A DNA stretch of 52,765 bases, taken from assembly GCA_029856365.1 (NCBI GenBank), contig JAHQWW010000016.1:1-52765 (forward strand). Direction: 5' to 3'. The stretch comes from Candidatus Hodarchaeota archaeon. GTDB taxonomy: Archaea > Asgardarchaeota > Heimdallarchaeia > Hodarchaeales > Hodarchaeaceae. The position numbers and the translations under genes are program-made. The notes beneath the pieces were generated by a model. That model was given only the letters and a program-made list of their open reading frames with translations, made no database searches and had not been told where the DNA came from. Position 1 is the stretch's first letter, and the number at the start of each line of letters is the position of its first letter. Below, piece after piece: positions 40,405 to 50,847 of this stretch.

Positions 40405-41529
40405 GTGATAATAATGAAAAAGAATTTTAAAATTAGATTTTTGGCTCTTATATTTCTCTTTTTTATCCTTAGTTTAGTTACAATTACAGGACAAGGAGAT
40501 TTTACAGTTGAAAAATTTTGGAAACAGGGAGGTATCATAACATTTGAAAATGATATTAGTACGGATCATATATTGGACGTATTTGATATTGAATCTACTG
40601 TTGAAGGAAGATACGAATACAATGGAAGTCTATCCTCGGGAGAATTAGTATTCAACTTTACCATTGTGTCTCCTGCCCAAGAATATGTTCTAGAGGATAC
40701 TAGTGGATCTCTTGACCCCTATTTCATATATCCTGTTAGTATCTGGCTAGAAGAAGGGGATGCTATTGACTACTCTTTCACAGTCAATGGGGGTTATATC
40801 GATTTCATAATCTTCAACTCAACTCAGTTTTTAAAATGGACAGAAGAAAATGATACACAACCAATAGAGTGTGTTGAATTAATACATACTAATATAGGAA
40901 TAGATGATACTTTCACCTCTACTGCCCCTGATTTCTACATATTTGTTTGGTGGAATAATGCAGATTATAATAGTGATCCCATCTCTCTTCAAATTCATTT
41001 GACGGCACGAATGAAGGAAGAAGTCTCATCTGAGTTTATTGAAATAGATCCAATTACTCTTGAAACAACTGATGATGAAGAATTGACAATTTTAGGCATG
41101 GATACCTCCGATTGGGAAATAAATGATGAAATATCCTTTGAAATAGATAAAAAAGATGTTGAATTTACCATTATAAGGGATGATGACTACCAAATTACCT
41201 ATAATGGTGAATCAGCTAATATCCCTTGCTGGGTTCTTGAGATAGAAGGTTATGAGACAACAATGATTGAAGAAGAGGGAACTTTTACAATAACTTCAGA
41301 TCTTAAAATGTGGAAAAGTAAATATTCGGGAATTACATTGAAAAGCATTGAAGATAGCAGAGTTAAGGATAGTGATTCAGTGTTAATAATGGACTATTAT
41401 GAAAAATTCGAAGTGGAGTCTGCGGATAACGTCCTACTTAAGCCTCAATCCTCTGGCATTAATTTTCCGCTTCTCCCCTCCATTCTAGGACTCATAATCA
41501 TTATTATTTATAAGAAAAAATATTTGTAA
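40405..41529 (+). CDS. Acidic exported protein with C-terminal TM anchor (possible GOLD-like beta-sandwich)
   Basis: Signal peptide (start probably ATG 40414), LEEGDAIDYSF...IDFIIF...YIFVWWN pattern, TM + KKK tail. Confidence 0.7.
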   Translation: MIIMKKNFKIRFLALIFLFFILSLVTITGQGDFTVEKFWKQGGIITFENDISTDHILDVFDIESTVEGRYEYNGSLSSGELVFNFTIVSPAQEYVLEDTSGSLDPYFIYPVSIWLEEGDAIDYSFTVNGGYIDFIIFNSTQFLKWTEENDTQPIECVELIHTNIGIDDTFTSTAPDFYIFVWWNNADYNSDPISLQIHLTARMKEEVSSEFIEIDPITLETTDDEELTILGMDTSDWEINDEISFEIDKKDVEFTIIRDDDYQITYNGESANIPCWVLEIEGYETTMIEEEGTFTITSDLKMWKSKYSGITLKSIEDSRVKDSDSVLIMDYYEKFEVESADNVLLKPQSSGINFPLLPSILGLIIIIIYKKKYL

Positions 41530-41707
41530 CTTGCTATCCTTTTAATCAAAGTTCTTTTTCTCTTTATTACTATTTCTTCAAATCATTATCTTGCTATTGT
41601 TATTCACTAACTCGATTTGTTAATTTTCTAAGATTACTCACCTTGTTTTTCTTGGAGTTTTTGTTTTATTCAGCAATTAAAATGTCTTAAGTCATTCCTT
41701 CTCATAC

Positions 41708-42541
41708 TCAATCAAGAAAATTAGTGATAAGTTGAAAGTACTCGTCGTGTTTTGTAAGACTAAGGACGTGTCCGCCAGATTCGAAAGAATAGAATTTTGC
41801 AGTTGGATAAACAGAGTATAATGCAGCACTGGTGTCTTTTCCAACAAATGTATCGTCTTCAGCATTTATAATTAATAATCGATCTTGCCAACGGTCTAAT
41901 TCAGAGGGATCGAATAAGTAATTAGTATGAAAATCAATTAAACAGTTGAAATGACAGAGAACGACATCTTTACTGAAAGTTTGGTAAAGAAATTGCTCAT
42001 AAAAGGTTTTAACTTCTTCAGGAAAATTTATACCTTTGATAAATGATCTTTTTGCGATAGTTCTAACGATCCTATCAGGGATGAATTGTACTAATTTCTG
42101 AAAGCGTCTTAATTTCTTCAAAAACTTATTATCTGAGACAGCTGTCCCTGTATTACTCAAAATGACTTTAGATATCCGACTAGGGTACTCTTTTAATAAA
42201 AATTGTGCAACTAGTCCACCAAATGATGCTCCAAAGACATTAACATTATCTATTGATTCATACTCAAGAATAGCCGCGATTCCATCGATTAATGATTTCA
42301 TATGACATATTAGAGGATAGGATGGTGAAATTACTTTATAATGTTCTTCCAATTCCAATAAAAACTGAAACCTCATTCCAGGGCGTCGTGTTCCCCCTGG
42401 AAGTAAGAGTATAACTTCATCACCCAACCCGCCAGTAATATACTTCCATTCCAAGCCATTTAATGAAATAGTTTTCTCAGGATGGTTTCGCTCAAAGTTT
42501 TCATATTGGACTACTATGTCTGGGTTTTGAGTATTACTCAT
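41708..42541 (-). CDS. Alpha/beta hydrolase
   Basis: LLPGG, nucleophile GASFGG, EDD, GGH. Confidence 0.88.
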   Translation of the reverse strand: MSNTQNPDIVVQYENFERNHPEKTISLNGLEWKYITGGLGDEVILLLPGGTRRPGMRFQFLLELEEHYKVISPSYPLICHMKSLIDGIAAILEYESIDNVNVFGASFGGLVAQFLLKEYPSRISKVILSNTGTAVSDNKFLKKLRRFQKLVQFIPDRIVRTIAKRSFIKGINFPEEVKTFYEQFLYQTFSKDVVLCHFNCLIDFHTNYLFDPSELDRWQDRLLIINAEDDTFVGKDTSAALYSVYPTAKFYSFESGGHVLSLTKHDEYFQLITNFLD

Positions 42542-42558
42542 TACGAATCAGCTTTAGT

Positions 42559-43131
42559 TTAGAAAAACAAAAAGTATCTGGGTACTTTTTTCATATATTC
42601 TTGGTAAGCATCTCCATATTCCTTTAAACAAGCTTTTTCTTGGGCAAGAATGTGAAAATGATTGAATATTCGTGAGAATCCAAAGAAGAAAATAAGAAAC
42701 CATGATCCAACTGCAAAGCAAACACCAAAAAAAGCTATTGTAAGCATTGTCTCCTGGGGATTACGTGAAACTTTATAAAGCCCTTGGGTTACTGGTTCGT
42801 CTAAAGGGGTCATTTTAAAGTTAATAACAGCTATAACTTCTCCTACTATTCCTAATATGAATAGACTTAATCCAATAAGGAATTCGATGGATCCAATAGC
42901 CAGAGGAGTCAGTATTACAAGAATCTGGACTATAAGGACGAGAAGCTTTGATACTCCAGTTAAGATTTTTTGATCCTTTGTAAAGGTAGAACGATCTAAC
43001 AACCGAGATCGGACTTCTTTAGGCATTATCAACAGAATTGTGGGTTGTAAAACCCAAATCCATATCAAAAGCAGCCAACCACCAAAAAAAGTCAGTTGAA
43101 GTGCAGGAAAGAATTCCAATTGATCACCCAA
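42559..43131 (-). CDS. Isoprenylcysteine carboxyl methyltransferase / PEMT family membrane protein
   Basis: VTQGLYKVSRNP and QEKACLKEYGDAYQEYMKKVPRY. Confidence 0.85.
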   Translation of the reverse strand: MGDQLEFFPALQLTFFGGWLLLIWIWVLQPTILLIMPKEVRSRLLDRSTFTKDQKILTGVSKLLVLIVQILVILTPLAIGSIEFLIGLSLFILGIVGEVIAVINFKMTPLDEPVTQGLYKVSRNPQETMLTIAFFGVCFAVGSWFLIFFFGFSRIFNHFHILAQEKACLKEYGDAYQEYMKKVPRYFLFF

Positions 43132-43322
43132 TATTTATTTATGTTTACAAAACATTCATTCCTAAGTTAAAAAAGTTTTCACTTGTGAACATTTCATTTT
43201 TAAAAATAGTTATACACCTTATTTCTTTTATACGAAGAATGATTAGCCCAAATTGTTGAAAAACCTAAGATTAGTAAGCCATCTCTGTGGTAATCAGAAT
43301 CGTTTCTTATAAAGTTTCGGAT

Positions 43323-44486
43323 TTAAGTTTCTTTAAGAGTAAATCGACTCCCAATAAGAAATAATCCAAAGAATATAAGCATTGCAAATAGATCAAGGTT
43401 AAGCAACTCTAAAGTATATCCTTCAATAGAGATTTGTCGCAACAGATGAACACCATATGTTGTAGGTAATAAATAACAGACCCAACGAATAATCAGAGGG
43501 ATTTGACTAATTGGGATAATTATACCTGATAGTAATAGCGCTGGTAAGATCACTAACGGGACAAATTGGACTGCTTGAAATTCAGAACGAGCAAAAGATG
43601 ATAAAAAGATTGCTAATACTAATCCATTCCATCCAAGGATAACGGCACCGATATAGAGTGAAATATAATGTGCAAAAGTGGTTCCAAAGGAAATATCAAA
43701 CATAGCTCTTGCCACGATAATTATTACAGTTGTTTGAGCCATGCTTACTACTGAGAAAGCTGCAAGATAGCCAAGAATGATTTGTCCTTTATCATATGGA
43801 CATTGTAAAAGTAATGGTAATGTTCCTCCCTTCCTTTCACCGATTAGATTCATCATTATGAGTATAAAGGAGAAAAAGAATACTCCAAAGATGATCATTG
43901 CAGGCGCGAAGAAGTCTAGAGTTGTCGAATCCTCTCCATGAGCGTAATCTATGTCTAATTTCAGATTTTCTCGGAACTCACCAGTGGCTTCTTGAAATGC
44001 CTCTTGAAACGCCTGAATAATTACTCCTCCTTCCTGGGGATTACTATTGTCTAAAAATAGTTTTATCGAAAGATTTTGACCAGAGAATGAAGCCAGATTG
44101 TATGTAAAATTAGTAGGAATCCAAATAGCACATTTATATTGCTTTTCGTTAACTAATTCCTTGGTATCAGAATACTTAAGAGAACTAATGGTAACATCCA
44201 CTTTGACCGAATTGTTTAGTGATTCTACAATTTTAGCTCCAAGAGAAGAGACATCCTGAAATGTAGTATTTATGTATGGAGGACCAGGGAGTAGTTCTAT
44301 TCTCATTATTTGAGTATCACTATCCTCATTGATGACAATTATTGGTTCATGTTCGATTTCACCCCCGAATGCAATACCAAAAACTATAATGTATATGATT
44401 GGGGCAAATAATAACAAGCCTAATGTCCGTCTATCTCGTAAAAGTTGTTTCCACAATCTTAGAGTTATTAAATAAGCAAATCTCAA
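43323..44486 (-). CDS. ABC-2 type transporter permease
   Basis: LLRDRRTL, extracellular domain, GERKGGTL, ARSEFQAVQF, LLSGIIIP. Confidence 0.9.
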   Translation of the reverse strand: MRFAYLITLRLWKQLLRDRRTLGLLLFAPIIYIIVFGIAFGGEIEHEPIIVINEDSDTQIMRIELLPGPPYINTTFQDVSSLGAKIVESLNNSVKVDVTISSLKYSDTKELVNEKQYKCAIWIPTNFTYNLASFSGQNLSIKLFLDNSNPQEGGVIIQAFQEAFQEATGEFRENLKLDIDYAHGEDSTTLDFFAPAMIIFGVFFFSFILIMMNLIGERKGGTLPLLLQCPYDKGQIILGYLAAFSVVSMAQTTVIIIVARAMFDISFGTTFAHYISLYIGAVILGWNGLVLAIFLSSFARSEFQAVQFVPLVILPALLLSGIIIPISQIPLIIRWVCYLLPTTYGVHLLRQISIEGYTLELLNLDLFAMLIFFGLFLIGSRFTLKET

Positions 44487-45235
44487 GCCATGTCACCTTT
44501 AATTAACTCAAAAAACATATTTTCCATATTTTTTTGTCCAGTTTGCTTCAACAGGTTTTCTGGAGTATCAACCGCAAGGAGGGATCCATTTCTCATCACA
44601 CCTACTCTATCCGCCCACTCTGCTTCATTTAAGTAGTGAGTAGTGACTAAAATTGTTGTTCCTTGGTCTCTGGCTATTTCTCGAAAATAGTGCCAAAATT
44701 CTCGACGCAAGACAGGATCAAGACCGACAGTTGGTTCATCAAGAAATGCAATCTCTGGTTTATTCACCATTGCTTGTGCCAAAGCAGTTCTTTGTTGTGT
44801 TCCTCCTGATAAATGAAGAGCTAATTTGTTTTGATGCTTATTGAGAGAAAGTTTATCAATCATTAAAGATGTATTTTTGTCTGCTATATCGCCTGGAACG
44901 CCTTTGGCTTGTGCGAAGAATTTAATGTTCTCTTTAGTAGTCAAAAGATCATAAAGTGCCCTCTGTTGAGGGAGGTACCCCATTATCCGTCTAAGCCTTT
45001 TCTTTTCTCGGGGAATATGAAAATTTTTAACTAAAATTTTTCCCGATCCTTTTTCAGGCTTTAAAATCCCTAATAATAAACGTATGGTAGTGGTTTTACC
45101 TGCTGCATTAGGCCCGACGAGACAAAAGATTTCCCCCCTATTTACCTGGAGATCAAGGTTATCTACTGCAATGACATCTCCAAATCGTTTGGAGACCTGA
45201 GAGATTTCAATATCAAATGTCATAAAACTCACCAA
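44483..45235 (-). CDS. ABC transporter ATP-binding protein (CcmA/DrrA-like)
   Basis: GPNAAGKT, LSGG, FLDEPTVGLDP, TTHYLNEAE. Confidence 0.93.
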   Translation of the reverse strand: MVSFMTFDIEISQVSKRFGDVIAVDNLDLQVNRGEIFCLVGPNAAGKTTTIRLLLGILKPEKGSGKILVKNFHIPREKKRLRRIMGYLPQQRALYDLLTTKENIKFFAQAKGVPGDIADKNTSLMIDKLSLNKHQNKLALHLSGGTQQRTALAQAMVNKPEIAFLDEPTVGLDPVLRREFWHYFREIARDQGTTILVTTHYLNEAEWADRVGVMRNGSLLAVDTPENLLKQTGQKNMENMFFELIKGDMA

Positions 45236-45301
45236 AACAAACTATCTAATTTTAATTTACAGGTGTTAATTGATATACCTGATTACAACAATAACATATT
45301 T

Positions 45302-45366
45302 ATGTTACCCCTCGGGGGGAAACATTTATAAAGTTTATTATTTGATACCCCTCAAGGGGTAAATCA
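45302..45366. promoter_or_regulatory. Two palindromic TACCCCTC-GGGG operator-like sites flanking a TTTATAAA box
   Basis: TACCCCTCGGGGGGAA (45306-45321) and TACCCCTCAAGGGGTA (45346-45361), 40 bp apart; TATA at 45325-45332; in a divergent promoter. Confidence 0.7.
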
Positions 45367-45372
45367 TTAATT

Positions 45373-46272
45373 ATGAACATTGAAGAATTCTTAATTACGG
45401 ATTTTCAGACGCTTGGGTTATCACAAAACGAAAGTAAAACACTTTTAGCTCTATTTCAACTTGGTGGATTAGGAGAAGTATCTAAAATAGAAGAAAAAAC
45501 AGATATTAGACGTAATAAAATTTATCAAGCACTTGGGGGCCTTATTTCCAAAAAATTAGTATTAAAAGGAGAAATCAAGGGGAGTGCTAATACATTTCGT
45601 CTTTTTTATAGTAATCCATCCGATCTTATCTCATATATGCAAAAATCTCTTACTATTCCAATTGAAAAAGCAGCTGAAAGATCAACTCAGAATCTAGCAA
45701 AAATGACTGAAACAGTTGAAAAAACACCTCAAGAGATATGGATGGTTAAAGGCAATTCTAATATTGAACGAATTGAGAAAGAAATCATTGATTCTGCTGA
45801 GATTTCGATATTCAGTAATTTAATCCCTGAATATATTGAACCTGTTATTCCTAATCTTCAAAATGCGATAACTAGAGGAATAAATGTATATCTTATTATG
45901 TTAGAAGAGGAAACTGAACAACTAAAGGTTTCCTTAGATACTATTTGTTCAGAACATTTAGGAATAAACGCAAGTAAATTAGAAACTCTTGGAAAAATGA
46001 TCCCAGTAGACACGAATCCAATAATTACTCCAATTTTAGATAATCTCGGTCAATTCTTATCAATCCGACCCAACTTCCTTTTTATTGATTCAGAAACCGA
46101 AAATCCATCAGGATTACTAATTATTAAGTCCAGAAAAGATACTTCTCATTCAATTGCCTTGCAAACTTATAATCAAGATTTTATAAGTTCATTTATGTAC
46201 TTAATAGAGTTTATTCAAAGCATAGCATTGAATTTAAAGATGTTACAAGATGAACTCTTTCCTAATGATTAA
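45373..46272 (+). CDS. TrmB family transcriptional regulator
   Basis: LGLSQNESKTLLAL...RNKIYQALGGLISKKLV, IWMVKG, IIDSAEISI. Confidence 0.88.
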   Translation: MNIEEFLITDFQTLGLSQNESKTLLALFQLGGLGEVSKIEEKTDIRRNKIYQALGGLISKKLVLKGEIKGSANTFRLFYSNPSDLISYMQKSLTIPIEKAAERSTQNLAKMTETVEKTPQEIWMVKGNSNIERIEKEIIDSAEISIFSNLIPEYIEPVIPNLQNAITRGINVYLIMLEEETEQLKVSLDTICSEHLGINASKLETLGKMIPVDTNPIITPILDNLGQFLSIRPNFLFIDSETENPSGLLIIKSRKDTSHSIALQTYNQDFISSFMYLIEFIQSIALNLKMLQDELFPND

Positions 46273-46303
46273 TTTAGATTGAATACTTAGCTATTACTAA
46301 GGA

Positions 46304-47230
46304 TTGATTGCAATGACAAAGAGTGGATTGATTCTAGTCTTAGGAGGGACAGGACATTATGGTAGACATATTGTGAAAGCCCTGACCGCTGATAATCAAA
46401 AAGTTAGGATCTTATCTCGAAATATGACGAAAGCGAGACAAATTCTTGGAGAGGAACCTGAAATCATAATAGGAGACATTACTTCCAAGGAAGTAGTAAT
46501 CCAAGCTCTTGAAGGAGTAAATGCAATAGTCATCAGTGTTTCTGCTTTCAATCGAAAAATGATCCGTAAATTAAAACTCATTGAAAGAGATTCTGTGTTA
46601 ATGGTTTTTGAAGAAGCAGAAAGACTAGGAATAAACCGTATTGTTTATATTTCCGTATATGGAAAACCAGATACGAATGTAGATATGCTTCAAGGCAGGA
46701 TCAAACGAGAAATTGAAGATACATTAGAAAAATCGAGTTTCAATTATACAATTCTTGGAGCTCCACCTTCTATGGAAATTTTTTTTTCAATGATTCGCAA
46801 TGGAAAGATGACCGTTCCTGGGGGAGGTCCTACAGCTTTACCAACAATTTCCCCTATAGATCTAGGTATAATAGCTGCACAAACCGTTATTCGATCAGAT
46901 TTAAATAGAAAACGTTTCAGTTTAGTTGGTTCTGACGTGATATCCTTTAGAGACGCTACGGAAAGAATTTCAAAAATCACTGGAAATGAAATTGGCTTTC
47001 GAAAGGTTCCATTACTTCTTATAAGAGCAGCAGCGACAATAACAGGATTACTAAGCGCAATTTTTCCATACATCTCTCAATTACTAAAATTTATTATACT
47101 TATGAACACAGCTTTCACACCTGACGTAATAGAACAGGTTATTGAGCACCAAAAGTTACTCAAAGAGACTTTTGATTATCAACCACTTACGATAGAAGAG
47201 TTTGCAATAAAGTTTTACAAGAATAAGTAA
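46304..47230 (+). CDS. NmrA-like / atypical SDR NAD(P)H-binding protein
   Basis: ILVLGGTGHYG, ILSRN, GD, IVYIS. Confidence 0.85.
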   Translation: MIAMTKSGLILVLGGTGHYGRHIVKALTADNQKVRILSRNMTKARQILGEEPEIIIGDITSKEVVIQALEGVNAIVISVSAFNRKMIRKLKLIERDSVLMVFEEAERLGINRIVYISVYGKPDTNVDMLQGRIKREIEDTLEKSSFNYTILGAPPSMEIFFSMIRNGKMTVPGGGPTALPTISPIDLGIIAAQTVIRSDLNRKRFSLVGSDVISFRDATERISKITGNEIGFRKVPLLLIRAAATITGLLSAIFPYISQLLKFIILMNTAFTPDVIEQVIEHQKLLKETFDYQPLTIEEFAIKFYKNK

Positions 47231-47269
47231 TCACTATAACTGATAAATGCTTAATGATCGTGATTATTC

Positions 47270-47842
47270 TTGACCTTAAATGAAAAAACAATAATCCCCA
47301 AAACAGGTAGAATTGGGAGACTGGCGAAGATAATCGAAAATGACACAAATCGGGGTGTCTTATTTAAAGTAATGCACGATGTAGAGCGATATACATCAAC
47401 TTCTAATTATAAACAAAAAGCTGCATGGGTGAGAGGTGCGATCGAACGATTAGAACAGGAGGTGGGTGTTGAGAAGAGTAGAACAATTTTAGAGCAATGT
47501 GGGCGAAAATGTTGTGGTGTAACGAGTAGAAAGCGTGCAAAAGAATCCATGAATGAATCATCTACCCTTAAGGAATTTATAGAGAAATTAAATGATAAAG
47601 GAATTGGTGGTAGCAGGCTTAAACTGGAAGATGAGAACAAAATTACTGGGGGGTACAATGTCTGTTATTGTGGGCAAGTTAAGCATACTCAAGAACCCTT
47701 CCTTTCTGACACATACTGTCATTGTTCTGTTGGCTGGTATAAACAATTATTTGAATCTTCTTTAAATAAATCTGTTAATGTTAAACTCGTGCAATCAATT
47801 ATCTGTGGATCAGAAACCTGTGAATTCATTATTCACCTATAA
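47270..47842 (+). CDS. Cys-rich hypothetical protein (DUF6144/V4R-like)
   Basis: CGRKCC, CYCG, YCHCSVGW, SIICGSETCEFII. Confidence 0.7.
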   Translation: MTLNEKTIIPKTGRIGRLAKIIENDTNRGVLFKVMHDVERYTSTSNYKQKAAWVRGAIERLEQEVGVEKSRTILEQCGRKCCGVTSRKRAKESMNESSTLKEFIEKLNDKGIGGSRLKLEDENKITGGYNVCYCGQVKHTQEPFLSDTYCHCSVGWYKQLFESSLNKSVNVKLVQSIICGSETCEFIIHL

Positions 47843-47961
47843 TCACTTATTCTCCTCTCTAGAAAAGAAAAATGTTTTGATATTTTCATCAAAGTAGTTT
47901 TAAAATTATTGAAGATTTTTACTCAAAATAAACAAAAGCGATGTGTGCTATATTTGTTTGA

Positions 47962-48126
47962 CAAAACGATCCATTCTGGAGGAACTATCTACTTTTTTAC
48001 GAGTATTTTCATGGAGAAACTGGTTCAGGTATTGATACAAGTCATCAAACTGGTTGGACAGGACTTGTAGCCAAACTTATACAGCAATATGGAGAGTACC
48101 ACCCAAATTATGATCGTATTGAATAA
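47962..48126 (+). pseudogene. C-terminal remnant of a GH63/MGH1-like glucosidase
   Basis: [42 protein letters not shown] matches the conserved EYFHG...SHQTGWT C-terminus. No start; in-frame TGA just upstream; not in the ORF track. Confidence 0.85.
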
Positions 48127-48147
48127 TGTCACTCGGAGTAAGAATAT

Positions 48148-49644
48148 TTGAAAGAACATCAATTAATTTACGAAATAAATACTCGAGTATGGTTGTACAA
48201 CTTACATACTGAACTTGGGGAGGAGATTTCCCTCTTAAAGATACCTGATGAGTACTGGTTTGAATTAATAGAAACTGGGTTTGATTGGATATGGTTGATG
48301 GGACTATGGAAACACTCTCCTTTAACAATGGAAGATTTAAGCAGACATCCTGGATTACTCAAGGAAATTAATGCAGCTCTGCCAGAATGGAAACCAGATG
48401 ATGTCATTGGTTCACCATACTCAATTGTTGAATATGAACTTAATCCAATGTTAGGTGAGCCAAATGATCTCAAGATCCTAAAAAAGAAACTGAATCAGAT
48501 GGGATTAAATTTAATGGTGGATTTCGTCCCAAATCACTTCGGTAATGCATCTCCTCTAGTAAAGTTGAATCCAGATTTATTTATCTCTTCCGTTGATGAA
48601 CCTACAGAAAGTTCAAGTTTATTTGCAAAGATTGAAACAGATTTAGGCTCACGTTGGATCGCTTTTGGAAGAGATCCTTATTTTCCCCCTTGGGATGATA
48701 CATTTCAACTTAATTATTTTAATCCCGACACCCGTAAATTTATGATTGATATTCTTTTCCAGATAGCAGCTCAATCTGATGGTATTCGTTGCGATATGGC
48801 AATGTTGTGCTTAAATGACATAATTAACAGAACGTGGGGCTGGTATTTCACAGAAAAGAGTAGTGAACAACCTCAAACTGAATTTTGGAAGGAAGCAATA
48901 ACTAGATTGAAAAGTGTATATCCAGAATTTGTTTTTCTTGCTGAAGTCTATTGGGATCAAAACTGGCAACTTCAACAACTTGGTTTTGATTATACGTATG
49001 ATAAGCGATTATATGATCGTTTAGTACATAGTCCCCCCAGCTATATCCGAGAACATCTCTTTGCAGATCTAGATTACCAAAGATGTAGCTTAAGATTCAT
49101 TGAAAATCACGATGAAAGACGTGCTATTGAAATTTTTAAGGGAGAGAAATCAGTCGCAGCTGCCATAATCTCAGGTACCATACCAGGCCTGTGTTTGTAT
49201 CATCAAGGGCAATTTGAGGGGTATATTTTGAAAATACCTATACAGCTACGTCGTAAAGCTTTTGAAAAGCCAAATAAAGAAATTCAACAGTTCTATGAAC
49301 GACTTCTCCAGTTTACCAGTCAAAATATCTTTCAGAAAGCTCAATGGACTCTAATCAAAGTTTCAGAAGCTTGGGAGGGGAATAACTCTTGGCAAAATCT
49401 CCTTGCTTGGCAATGGAGTACGACAGAAACAGAGCAATTTAGTATTATTATTGTCAATTATGCTTCTGTTCAATCACAAGGCAGAATTTTTCCTATCTTG
49501 ACTGAAATTAGAAAGAATATTGAAAATCTGAATTTTAAGGATATTCTGACTGAAAAGATTTTTCCTAGGAATGTCAGAGAGATAGTTGATCAAGGGTTAT
49601 ACATTGACCTTCAACCCTTTCAAAGTCATCTATTCAATATTTAG
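48148..49644 (+). CDS. GH13 alpha-amylase family glycosidase
   Basis: DFVPNH, GIRCDMA (nucleophile), LAEVYW, FIENHDE. Confidence 0.9.
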   Translation: MKEHQLIYEINTRVWLYNLHTELGEEISLLKIPDEYWFELIETGFDWIWLMGLWKHSPLTMEDLSRHPGLLKEINAALPEWKPDDVIGSPYSIVEYELNPMLGEPNDLKILKKKLNQMGLNLMVDFVPNHFGNASPLVKLNPDLFISSVDEPTESSSLFAKIETDLGSRWIAFGRDPYFPPWDDTFQLNYFNPDTRKFMIDILFQIAAQSDGIRCDMAMLCLNDIINRTWGWYFTEKSSEQPQTEFWKEAITRLKSVYPEFVFLAEVYWDQNWQLQQLGFDYTYDKRLYDRLVHSPPSYIREHLFADLDYQRCSLRFIENHDERRAIEIFKGEKSVAAAIISGTIPGLCLYHQGQFEGYILKIPIQLRRKAFEKPNKEIQQFYERLLQFTSQNIFQKAQWTLIKVSEAWEGNNSWQNLLAWQWSTTETEQFSIIIVNYASVQSQGRIFPILTEIRKNIENLNFKDILTEKIFPRNVREIVDQGLYIDLQPFQSHLFNI

Positions 49645-49717
49645 AATAGCTAGAATACTCCACGCCAGACAATAAACCATCTCCAACATTTACAGACAGT
49701 ATTCAATTCTCACATTA

Positions 49718-50575
49718 TCATTTATTTTTAAGAAACGTCCCGTTGTGATATTCCTCAAAAGCGATTCTAATTTCTTCTTGTGTGTTCATGACAATAGGTC
49801 CATACCATGCAACTGGTTCTTTAATTGGTTTACCCGATACTAAAAGAAATCGAACATGTTCATTTTCTGATGCTACAATTTGTACCGATTCACCTTCCCT
49901 GAAGATTACGAGGTGTTCTTTGGAAACTAGTTGTTCTTTATTTGGCTCAAAATAACCCTTTCCCTCAAAGCAATATGCAAAAGCAGTATAATCTTTCTCG
50001 ACTTCGTGTTCAAATTTCGTATTCGCAGGGATGGTTACATCAATGTATTCAGGGTTAGTTACAATGTCTTGTACAGGCCCGTTGATGCCATTAATTTCTC
50101 CAACTAAGATTCTAATTTTAATTCCATTATTAATTGTGATTTCTGGAACCTTAGCTGCAGGAATATCTTGATAACGAGGTCGCATCATTTTATTTGTTGC
50201 TGGTAGATTAACCCAGAGCTGGAACCCCCATAATAAACCATTTACTTGTGCTGGCATCTCTGAATGGATAATACCAGAAGCAGCGGTCATCCACTGGATG
50301 TCTCCACTTTTAATGATACCGTGATTACCGATAGAATCTTGGTGTTCTACATTTCCTTCAATCATATAAGTAACTGTTTCAATCCCACGATGAGGATGCC
50401 TAGGAAACCCCGCAATATAATCGTCTGGATTATCAGAATGAAAATCATCTAGTAATAGGAAAGGATCGAGTATTACCACTTCTCGGTGTGCAAATGCACG
50501 TTTTAACTGAACTCCTGCTCCCTCAATTGTTGGTTTACTCTTTGAAATTCTCTGTATTCTTCTAATTTTGTTCAT
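49718..50575 (-). CDS. Pirin family protein
   Basis: DPFLLLD, HPHRGIETVTY, HQDS, WMTAASGIIHSE, QLWVNLP, GPIVMNT. Confidence 0.95.
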   Translation of the reverse strand: MNKIRRIQRISKSKPTIEGAGVQLKRAFAHREVVILDPFLLLDDFHSDNPDDYIAGFPRHPHRGIETVTYMIEGNVEHQDSIGNHGIIKSGDIQWMTAASGIIHSEMPAQVNGLLWGFQLWVNLPATNKMMRPRYQDIPAAKVPEITINNGIKIRILVGEINGINGPVQDIVTNPEYIDVTIPANTKFEHEVEKDYTAFAYCFEGKGYFEPNKEQLVSKEHLVIFREGESVQIVASENEHVRFLLVSGKPIKEPVAWYGPIVMNTQEEIRIAFEEYHNGTFLKNK

Positions 50576-50847
50576 ATGGTCACATATATTTCTATAAATT
50601 TAAATTTAATTTTCCTTTATTCGTATTAGATTGAGAAAATCGCTCTAGGAACTCCTTTAAGTTTTGTTGGATACTTTGATTATATTTGTTGCAAAAATAA
50701 TCTGTATTTTAACAACCCATTTGCTCTTTTACAATTGATTCATATAAAAATTAGATGATTTATGGGAAAATAATTCTATTCGGTAAGAGTTATAAAATTC
50801 TTTCTCAGCAATTACATATTTTCATGATGAAAAGTGGTGACTTTAGA

